Below the pieces are notes generated by a model that had not been told where the DNA came from, ran no database searches, and saw nothing but the letters and a program-made list of their open reading frames with translations. From IMG/VR virus record IMGVR_UViG_3300022742_000089, positions 1 to 42,372 of that record: a stretch of DNA of 42,372 nt; one strand, written 5' to 3'. Within the stretch, counting starts at the first letter, position 1, and each line of letters begins with the position of its first letter. The position numbers were made by a program, and so were the translations under genes. Source of the stretch: a virus (taxonomy: Duplodnaviria; Caudoviricetes). Positions 35,088 through 42,372 of the stretch are shown here, one piece after another.

Positions 35088-36602
35088 ATGCCCTACCTGA
35101 TGCGTGCGGAGCCGTACGACGCCGATCTAGGCGCCGTGCGGCCCGTCTACCGTTCTGACACGGGGTTTACGACCGAGCCGGGAGACAGTCCCTCAAACAC
35201 CTACTTCGTGCGACGGATCGACACTCCATTGACCGTCAAGCGCAGCCTCTACAACGGGACTTCCATCGGCGGTTATTCGGAGACCTCCTTCGGCTCCGTC
35301 ACGCTCGGCAACGATGATGGAGCCGATGATTGGCTGGCTGAAATGGATTGGGATGGCCGTCTGGTCGAAATCCTTTACGCCCCCCTGGCGCGGCCGACGC
35401 TGGCCGACTTTGGGGTGTTGTTCTCCGGCGCCGCTGAGCAACTGGTCCTAGGCGACGCCATCGAAATCCAACTGCGCGACTTGCTGGTATTGCTGGATAC
35501 GCCCGCCAGCCGCGGGCAGTTCGGCGGGGCTGGCGGCATCGACGGAACAGCGGAACTGAAGGGGCGGGAAAAGCCATGGCTGATCGGCCGGCGGCGGCAG
35601 ATTGAGCCGGTGCTGATCGACGCGGCGAACAACGTCTATATGGTCGACCCGGCCGGCTTCTCCGCCCTGTTGGCGGCTCGGGACAAGGGCGTCGGCTATC
35701 CGTCAGCAGTGGGGGACTATGCCACCTATGCCGCGCTGGTCGCCGCGTCCCTCACCGGCACCAACGTGGCCACGTCCAAGGCAGCCGGGCTGATCCGTCT
35801 CGGGCAAAAGCCATCCGGGCGCTTCACCGTCGACGTGGAAGGGGTGAAGGTCTCCGGCGCCTGGATTTACCGCTTTGCCGATCTGGTGCGCCATCTGGTC
35901 ACCAGCATGACGACGCTATCCGACGTTGACCTGGACGGCTCATCTTTCACCGCCTTCAACACGAAGCAGCCGGCGGTGTTGGGCTACTGGTGCGACGGCT
36001 CCAACGTGCCGAAGGTGCGCGACGTCATCGACCAGTTGTCGGCGACTGTCGGGGCTTATTGGGGGTTCGGTGATGACCGTCTTTTGTCCCTAGGGCGCTA
36101 CGAGGGGCCGGCGGCAACTGCCCACTATGAGTTCGGCGCGCGGGACATCATCGACCTGACCCCGGAGGCGGTGGAACGGCGGATGAAGTCCCTCAAGCTG
36201 GGTTACCGCCCGTTCGGTGTCACCTTCACCGCCGAGGAGCTGGACCAAGTCAACGTCCTTCCGGCCGACCGGGAGGCCTTCCAAAATGAATACCGGTGGA
36301 CCGCCGTGGCGACCAACGCGGCGGCTGAAGCGGCGTCATTGCTGGCGACCGAAGATGAGGCGCAAACCCTGTTCGATGCGGAAGCGGACGCTGTGACCGA
36401 GCGGGACCGGCGCCTGTCGCTCTATGCCGCCAAGCGGAAAGGCTTCTCCGTCACGGTCCCAATCACTCCAGGGCTGACGGTCGGTCACACGGTCAAGCTG
36501 ACGGACGACCGCTTTGGACTGAATGCGGGTTGGCGCGGCGTCGCCCTGGAGATCGAGCGAAACGCCAACGATGAAACCCTGACCATGAAGGTGTTGGGCT
36601 GA
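35088..36602 (+). CDS. Tail tip/hub protein
   Basis: 504 aa after the TMP; LGN.DG..D, GG.GG.DG..ELKG..KP..G; GAGG RBS. Confidence 0.7.
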   Translation: MPYLMRAEPYDADLGAVRPVYRSDTGFTTEPGDSPSNTYFVRRIDTPLTVKRSLYNGTSIGGYSETSFGSVTLGNDDGADDWLAEMDWDGRLVEILYAPLARPTLADFGVLFSGAAEQLVLGDAIEIQLRDLLVLLDTPASRGQFGGAGGIDGTAELKGREKPWLIGRRRQIEPVLIDAANNVYMVDPAGFSALLAARDKGVGYPSAVGDYATYAALVAASLTGTNVATSKAAGLIRLGQKPSGRFTVDVEGVKVSGAWIYRFADLVRHLVTSMTTLSDVDLDGSSFTAFNTKQPAVLGYWCDGSNVPKVRDVIDQLSATVGAYWGFGDDRLLSLGRYEGPAATAHYEFGARDIIDLTPEAVERRMKSLKLGYRPFGVTFTAEELDQVNVLPADREAFQNEYRWTAVATNAAAEAASLLATEDEAQTLFDAEADAVTERDRRLSLYAAKRKGFSVTVPITPGLTVGHTVKLTDDRFGLNAGWRGVALEIERNANDETLTMKVLG

Positions 36603-37447
36603 TGCACGCGCTATGGAAGAAACCGACCGATGACGGGGCCTATTCCGAAGGGTCATGGGTCGACACGGGCGGGCTGTCGCTGGACAACCTGAAGACACAG
36701 GACGTGATGGAGCTTGCCCGGTCGACCGACACGGCGGAGTCCTCCACATGTTGGCGGATCGACTTCGGTCGGCTGGTGCCGCTGAGCCTCTTCGCCATCC
36801 TCAACCACAACGGCACGGTCCAGGCCAAGCGCCGGCACGTCGTCACCAACAGCCCGACCAACAGCGGCGCCCCGGTCTACGACACCGGCATGGAGCGGAT
36901 GCGGGTGGCCACCGAGATTTGGGGCGGGCGTCCGTTTGGGGCCTTCGCCTTCGACGGCATCGACACGGCGGCTTATCCAGGTGGCACCATCGACCTGCAT
37001 TTCTCCCCCTCCACCGTCTACGGCCGATATCTCTTCACCTACCTGAGCGACGTTGACAACCCGGCCGGCTATTTCCAGGCGGGCCGCTTCATGGCGGGTG
37101 AGGCGTGGTCGCACCGGGTGAAGTACGGGTTTCAGGTCCGGACGGTGGACCCGAGCGAAACCCGCCGGACCCGTGGCGGCCGGCGCCTGGTTAGACGGCG
37201 TCCGCGCTACCGGACCATGACGATGACCTTCGAAGCGATGACCGAGCGGGACGCCTACGCCACCGGCTTCGAGATCGAAAACCAACTGGGCAAGGTCGGG
37301 GATTTCCTGTTGGTCTACGACCGAGACGATGACCCCTCCGTCCAGTTCCGCCGAACCATTTACGCCGCGCTGGTCGATACCGCCGGCATCACCACCACGT
37401 CGCACCAGCGCTACGGCTGGTCGATGACTGCGGAGGAGCTGATCTGA
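36602..37447 (+). CDS. Tail protein
   Basis: TGATG coupling; D.DNP.GYFQAGR...G, DPS...R..GG; position. Confidence 0.7.
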   Translation: MHALWKKPTDDGAYSEGSWVDTGGLSLDNLKTQDVMELARSTDTAESSTCWRIDFGRLVPLSLFAILNHNGTVQAKRRHVVTNSPTNSGAPVYDTGMERMRVATEIWGGRPFGAFAFDGIDTAAYPGGTIDLHFSPSTVYGRYLFTYLSDVDNPAGYFQAGRFMAGEAWSHRVKYGFQVRTVDPSETRRTRGGRRLVRRRPRYRTMTMTFEAMTERDAYATGFEIENQLGKVGDFLLVYDRDDDPSVQFRRTIYAALVDTAGITTTSHQRYGWSMTAEELI

Positions 37448-38925
37448 TGGCGACCTTCAACGGGCGCAATTGGACGGTGGCCGATATGCTGCCGTTCAAA
37501 TACGTGGAGAATTGGGACGACTTCTTTGACGACGTCATCGCCGAGATGGAGGCACGGTCCACCGGGGTAGGCTCCGCACGGGATCAAGCCGTTGCTGCCG
37601 CTGCGGCGGTGACACCCGCGGTGCCCATCGTCACCTCCGCACGCGACCAAGCCGTTGCCGCCGCCAACACCGCCGCGTCCATCGTCAAGAGCGCTGACGT
37701 GACCGAGCGGGCCGGCATGCCGCCATGCTTGGACTGGCTGTTCACGTCGGCCGCTGCCGTCCCGAGCGGCGTTATCACCGGCACGTCCGGCAAGTGGGTT
37801 CGTGGGCAAAGCGGGTTGTGGACATTTGTCCCGGCTGGGATCGCGCCCATCGAATACGGGATGTCCGGCGATGCCCGCGGCATACGAGTTGAAAGCGCGG
37901 TTCCGAACCCCATCCTGTACCCCAGCGACTTCAGCAACGTGGCGTGGACGAAGAGCGGGTCGGGCACCGTTACGCCCGACGCCAAAGTTGCGCCGGATGG
38001 CACGCTGACTGCCGATCTGCTGTCTGATACCGACAGCGGCACTGACGCGGCTTACTGGCAACAGATATTCACGATTGCGAACGACACGTCGACGCGCTGC
38101 CTCAGCACTTTCTTGGCGCAGGGCACGGCGGCGGCAAGTGAAATCAGGGCCTTTCTCGTGGGCGGCTCTGTCCCGTTATCCGCCGGTGTGGTCGCAAAGG
38201 TGACTTGGAGCGGGCGCGCGGTGACCGGATCGCCTGGGGCTGTGGGTGACGAGGATGCCAACGGTTTCCTGCGCCTGTCTGTGCCCATCACAAACAATGG
38301 GACCGGCAACACCACGCTGATCGTCCGGGTCTACCCTGCAACCAACGCCACTGGAGTGACCGGCACTGCTTATGCGTGGCATGCACAGATCGACCCCGGC
38401 GACACGCCGTCGTCCATCATCCCCGGCGCCACGACAGGCGCTGTGGCGCGTTCGGCAGACGTCAACGTGCGGCCGTTGTCGCAGGTGCCCGGCTGGAACC
38501 CGAGCGAGGGGACAATTTACGGCGAGTCGCGCACAGCGGCGTCACTGCCCAGCAGTGCGCAAGTGCTTGTCCAATATGACGATGGCTCTTTTAGCAACCG
38601 CTTGTGCGTCTACCGCAATACTTTCGGCGAAATACATTGCATTGCCGTAGTTGGTGGATCGAATTCCGTTAACCTCAACCTCGGCGTGGTAGCCAACAAC
38701 ACGGATATCCGCGTCGCGTTTTCTTGGAAGGCGGGCAGCTTCGCGGCGTCGCTAAACGGAGCCGCCGCAGTGACTGCGGTAACTGGGGCGTTGCCGGCCG
38801 GATTAACAACCAAGCGTGTCGGAAACGAGACGGGTAGCTACAGCGCCTGGGCCAGCACGATCCGGCGCGACGTTCTGTTCCCCCGCGCTCTTCCCGCCGC
38901 CTCCCTTCCAATCCTGACCGCGTGA
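37447..38925 (+). CDS. Tail fibre/spike-like protein with beta-sandwich (LamG-like) domains
   Basis: GIRVE....N.I..PSDF....W, APDGT..AD, RSAD, WNPSEGT; Gly/Ser/Thr-rich. Confidence 0.7.
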   Translation: MATFNGRNWTVADMLPFKYVENWDDFFDDVIAEMEARSTGVGSARDQAVAAAAAVTPAVPIVTSARDQAVAAANTAASIVKSADVTERAGMPPCLDWLFTSAAAVPSGVITGTSGKWVRGQSGLWTFVPAGIAPIEYGMSGDARGIRVESAVPNPILYPSDFSNVAWTKSGSGTVTPDAKVAPDGTLTADLLSDTDSGTDAAYWQQIFTIANDTSTRCLSTFLAQGTAAASEIRAFLVGGSVPLSAGVVAKVTWSGRAVTGSPGAVGDEDANGFLRLSVPITNNGTGNTTLIVRVYPATNATGVTGTAYAWHAQIDPGDTPSSIIPGATTGAVARSADVNVRPLSQVPGWNPSEGTIYGESRTAASLPSSAQVLVQYDDGSFSNRLCVYRNTFGEIHCIAVVGGSNSVNLNLGVVANNTDIRVAFSWKAGSFAASLNGAAAVTAVTGALPAGLTTKRVGNETGSYSAWASTIRRDVLFPRALPAASLPILTA

Positions 38926-38933
38926 GGCTGACC

Positions 38934-39266
38934 ATGCAGACCCTACGTTTACGCGCGGCTGACGAGGCCACGCTTGCCGCAGCCCTGCCGATGCTCCGCG
39001 GGGCCGATGACGAAGGTGCGCCGTGCTGGGTGACCAGCGGGCCGCTGTGTGAGGTGAGGATCATCGGCGCTCTGCCGCTGACTGCCCCTGTGGTCAACGA
39101 CGTGCTGGAAATCGTCGAGCCGGCGACCTTTGCCGAAGGCTGGCACTTGAATGTCAGAGGGCCGCGCATCGGCGCCGATCCGGCCGCGTGGGCGGAGCTG
39201 CTTGAAGCCGCTGCCCCGTACACCCTGACCGAAATCGCTCTACCGCGTGAGAGGTTCCTGCCATGA
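38934..39266 (+). CDS. Hypothetical protein (possible fibre chaperone)
   Basis: GAGG RBS before ATG 38934 (GTG 38922 is an alternative); GWHLNVR motif. Confidence 0.6.
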   Translation: MQTLRLRAADEATLAAALPMLRGADDEGAPCWVTSGPLCEVRIIGALPLTAPVVNDVLEIVEPATFAEGWHLNVRGPRIGADPAAWAELLEAAAPYTLTEIALPRERFLP

Positions 39267-40327
39267 CTATGTCCGTCGCTACGCCGAACAGTAACGGCCT
39301 TATGGGCAGCCGGCATGCGGAGCTTGTCCAGACCACCATGATTTGGTGCGGCACCTCCGCTGGATCGGCCAACGCCCAAGTCATCTCCCCCGAGTTCGCG
39401 CCTCTGTCGCTGACCGGGCATCCCAGCTTCGTCTTCGTGGCGGGCTTCACGAACGCTGGGCCGCTGACGCTGTCATTCGGCAACGCGGTGAGCCTGGGAG
39501 CGGTCAGCGTCCGCCGGCCGGACGGAACGGCATGTGCTGGTGCAGAGGTACAGGCCGGCTACGTCTACACAGTCGTGCTGGACGCCAACGGCTATTTCCG
39601 GCTCGTCGGCTCCCCGTCGCTTGGAGCCGCGCCAGTGTGGGGCGGCACGTCTACCGGATCGGCCAATGCCCAAGTGGTCACCCCGTCGCCGGCAGTATCC
39701 ACCCTGTCGCCCGGCCAGATTGTCAACTTCATCGCCGGTTACACCGCCACGTCGGCGACTCCGACGCTCCAAGTCTCCAGCTTGGCGCCCGTAACCCTGA
39801 TCCGGCGCAGCGGGGCTCCGCTGGGCAGCAACGACCTTGTCGCCGGCCAGCTCGTTGAAGCTCTGTATGACGGGGCCAATCTGCGTCTGCTGACCGAAGC
39901 GCCCGTGTATTCGCTGGTGATCGGCGACGCCGAAGACGGGGCGACCGGCGGATGGTCTGGTCAGTCGCAAACCACCATCACCAACACGACCGAAGCCGCA
40001 AAATCGGGGAGCCGCTCCTACAAGGTGGTGTGTTTGGGCGGCGGTGCAAATTTCTGGAGCGCCTTCGCAGTGCCGGTGATCCCGAACAAGCCTGTCACCC
40101 TCAGCGTGTTCTGCAACCAGCTGGCCGGCGGCAACATGGTCGCGCGACTGGCGACCAATGCCTCCGACGGGACGGACCTCGGTGGCGGCAGCCGCAGCCT
40201 CACCACGGGATGGGCGCGGTATATTTTCACGCTCATGCCGACAATCCAGACCGTCTACCTGCAAGTCTATTCACCGACAGGGACTGCATCCACAACCTAT
40301 GTGGATGACATCAGCATCCTTCAGTAA
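39263..40327 (+). CDS. Tail fibre/receptor-binding protein with a duplicated module and a carbohydrate-binding-like C-terminus
   Basis: Two W.GTS.GSANAQV..P...F.AG.T repeats; C-terminal D.E.G..GW...A.SG.RS.K...YVDDIS. Confidence 0.65.
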   Translation: MTMSVATPNSNGLMGSRHAELVQTTMIWCGTSAGSANAQVISPEFAPLSLTGHPSFVFVAGFTNAGPLTLSFGNAVSLGAVSVRRPDGTACAGAEVQAGYVYTVVLDANGYFRLVGSPSLGAAPVWGGTSTGSANAQVVTPSPAVSTLSPGQIVNFIAGYTATSATPTLQVSSLAPVTLIRRSGAPLGSNDLVAGQLVEALYDGANLRLLTEAPVYSLVIGDAEDGATGGWSGQSQTTITNTTEAAKSGSRSYKVVCLGGGANFWSAFAVPVIPNKPVTLSVFCNQLAGGNMVARLATNASDGTDLGGGSRSLTTGWARYIFTLMPTIQTVYLQVYSPTGTASTTYVDDISILQ

Positions 40328-40360
40328 ACCGCGACAACATTCCAATCCCTGTCCACCCCC

Positions 40361-40382
40361 GGCGCCCGCGAGGCGCCTTTTT
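40361..40382 (+). terminator. Intrinsic terminator before the endolysin
   Basis: GGCGCC-CGCGA-GGCGCC stem followed by TTTTT. Confidence 0.7.
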
Positions 40383-40403
40383 CATGCCCGGAGGATCTGA
40401 ACC

Positions 40404-40964
40404 ATGGTGACGACCACCACCGAATCCATCATCGACACCATCCTCCGCCGGGAGGGCTGGCCGCGCTACACTGACCGGTCCAGCGACCGCGGCGGGCCGA
40501 CGAAGGGCGGGATCACTCTGGAGGCGCTGACGAGCTGGCGGAAGCGCCCGGTCACGGCAGCCGACGTCGCCGCGCTCGACGAGGCCGAGGTGCGAGCCAT
40601 CTACCGCGCCAACTATATCGAGAAGCCGGGCTTCGCCGGAATCACCGACGATGCCCTGCGCGCCTTGGTCATCGACTCCGGCGTCAACCATGGGCCGGCC
40701 CGCGCTGGGGCGTGGCTGCAGGATGCGGTGAACGATCTGGCGGGCCGCCCGGTGCTGAAGGTCGACGGGGCCGTCGGGCCGAAGACGCTGGCCGCCGTCA
40801 ACAGCGCTGACGTGGCCGGGCTGTGGCGCTCGGTCTTCGCCCAGCGGATGACTTTCTACGGCGACCTGATCTCGGGCGATGCCCGGAAGCGTGGCCGCAC
40901 CGACGATCAGGCGCTGAACGCCGCTGGCTGGCTCAACCGGCTGGCTGAGTTCATGGAGGTGTAG
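40404..40964 (+). CDS. Endolysin, glycoside hydrolase family 108
   Basis: REG...Y....DRGGPTKGGIT, DSGVNHG...A..WLQ, VDG.VGPKT, GWLNR. Confidence 0.92.
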   Translation: MVTTTTESIIDTILRREGWPRYTDRSSDRGGPTKGGITLEALTSWRKRPVTAADVAALDEAEVRAIYRANYIEKPGFAGITDDALRALVIDSGVNHGPARAGAWLQDAVNDLAGRPVLKVDGAVGPKTLAAVNSADVAGLWRSVFAQRMTFYGDLISGDARKRGRTDDQALNAAGWLNRLAEFMEV

Positions 40965-41254
40965 CCTCCATGCCTCCCCAACGCCGGGCGATCAAGGTCG
41001 CCATGCTGCGGTGGCAGGCAGCATGTGGACTCGTTGCCGATGGCGGTTAGGAAGGTGACAGCCACTGGAATGGTCCTAGGCTGATGCATTCCTACCAATG
41101 GCGTCGCACGGCAGCTCCCGATTTCCTATTTTTAGGATTTTTGTCTTTACGGGTGCGCGCCTGAAAGGCATTGTCTGTCTGCGCGTATTGAAGATGCTGG
41201 CCAGCTTTCACTCTTCACGAACCATCGCTCCACCGATGTAGCGGAGACGCATCC

Positions 41255-42082
41255 ATGTCCGTCCAGACCTTCAACCCGTCCGACCTGTTCCAGTCTGCCG
41301 CCAACTGGGCGGTATCCCAGCGCATCGTCGGCAATTTCGCCCCGCATGCGCAGGTCGCGCCGAACCTGACATTGGCGCTCGATCCCGGCAATCTGCTGAA
41401 CGGCACCACCCTGACCGAGGTAAACGCCCAGTCCGTCGGCCCCTTCGCGCCCCCGTCCAGCGGTTTCCGAATCGACCGCGTGGTGGTGGACCGCAGCACC
41501 GGTGCTGCAGCAATCGTAACAGGCGCCGCCAACAGCCTAACCCCGCCGGCGATTCCGGCCGGAAAATTGCCAGTGGCCCGCGTGATGCTGCTTCCGACGA
41601 CGGACGCCATCACCAATACGCTGGTTGTGGACGAGCGGACCATCTATGACAGCGGTTCTGCCAATAATCCGGTCACCAGCCGCATGCAGCGTAACGGCGT
41701 CGATCAGACTGGCGTCCCCCACAATTCCTTGACGAAGGTCATGTTCACCTCGGCTACGGGCAACAACGCAGGTGCCTTCGATCCTGTTAGCAGCCGGTTC
41801 ACCCCATCCATACCCGGCACCTACCAAATTTACGCCCAACTCACAATTCCCGCCATGACCAACGGTTATGGCGTCGCTATCTACAAAAATGGAAGTGTGA
41901 TTTCGCAAAGCATCCTCGTTCCCGGTGGATCCACCAACGTCACGGCCACAGCCATGGATAATGTCACGTTCAATGGAACGACGGACTATGTTGAGGTTTA
42001 CGGATACCAAACGACCGGAACAACGGGCACGTTCATCGGAGGAAACCACCAGACCTATATGACGACAGCTCTTATCCGTTAG
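41255..42082 (+). CDS. Fibre-like protein with C-terminal C1q-like domain (moron-like)
   Basis: N-terminal RIDRVVVD...G...PPAIPAG..PVA.V; C-terminal FD...SRFTP.IPGTYQI, IYKNG, F.GT.DYVEVY; GGAG RBS. Confidence 0.7.
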   Translation: MSVQTFNPSDLFQSAANWAVSQRIVGNFAPHAQVAPNLTLALDPGNLLNGTTLTEVNAQSVGPFAPPSSGFRIDRVVVDRSTGAAAIVTGAANSLTPPAIPAGKLPVARVMLLPTTDAITNTLVVDERTIYDSGSANNPVTSRMQRNGVDQTGVPHNSLTKVMFTSATGNNAGAFDPVSSRFTPSIPGTYQIYAQLTIPAMTNGYGVAIYKNGSVISQSILVPGGSTNVTATAMDNVTFNGTTDYVEVYGYQTTGTTGTFIGGNHQTYMTTALIR

Positions 42083-42126
42083 AAATCGGAGATTGGTCAC
42101 AGTGCGTCTTTGCCTTCTCAGGAGGG

Positions 42127-42372
42127 TCAAGGCGAGGAGTTGGACTGCTTTGGTGGAAATGTCGCGGTAGATAGCCGGCTGACCACCCTTTCATCGGCCA
42201 GCAGAGCAACCCGCGCGTCCCATCCGTCCTAGCTGAGTTTCCAGACGCCCGGCTTCTCACCGGGCGTCACCAGCCCCAGGTCTTGGCACTCCTCCAGCAA
42301 CCAGTCCGGCAGCACCTCGGCGCCGGGAGCGCGGACTTCACCTGTATCCGGATCGGCCGTCAGCAGGCACAT
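42127..42372 (-). pseudogene. Partial small minus-strand gene, possibly interrupted by an in-frame TAG
   Basis: MCLLTADPDTGEVRAPGAEVLPDWLLEECQDLGLVTPGEKPGVWKLS*DGWDAR...; TAG at 42231-42229. The gene may start beyond the window. Confidence 0.35.

Larger units (their letters stand above)
426..42372 (+). mobile_element. Lambda-like temperate prophage, probably integrated at tRNA-Val; right end lies beyond the window
   Basis: Early, replication, packaging, head, tail and lysis genes follow the tRNA 3' end in order, with AlpA near the junction. No integrase or duplicated tRNA 3' end is seen, so the right boundary is unresolved. Confidence 0.92.

Noticed and set aside
37447-42082. Diversity-generating retroelement or invertible fibre cassette
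   Set aside because: No reverse transcriptase or invertase, and no template/variable repeat pair spotted by eye.

Overview
The window holds the 3' end of a host HU gene and an intact tRNA-Val(TAC), followed by about 42 kb of a lambda-like temperate prophage (cos packaging, gpA terminase, non-contractile tail) that appears to be integrated at that tRNA. The host is a GC-rich alphaproteobacterium; the GapR and HU sequences suggest Rhodospirillales/Azospirillum, which is inference. Gene order: att arm repeats; a divergent regulator/AlpA switch; a long early operon; a DUF1376 replication initiator with iterons; a NusG-type antiterminator; cos; terminase, portal, protease-capsid, tail and fibre genes; a GH108 endolysin; and a C1q-domain moron. 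No integrase, second att core or classical CI repressor lies in the window. Four things stand out in the early operon and nearby. (1) It carries copies of host core proteins: an acyl carrier protein, a DNA polymerase III beta clamp with a long N-terminal extension, GapR, and a ComM/YifB derivative that has lost its ATPase core and could inhibit natural transformation. (2) It has a dense set of DNA/nucleotide-modification genes: PAPS-reductase family, SF2 helicase, DpdA/TGT-like, wHTH-fused methyltransferase, Mom-like GNAT and ASCH+MazG-like. (3) A highly base-paired non-coding stretch at about 1990-2230 may be a regulatory RNA. (4) Several lesions (a DpdA-like frameshift, a nonsense codon at 13734, a tail-chaperone slippery site one A short) suggest early decay or sequencing error. 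All family assignments come from recognising motifs by eye; no searches were run.
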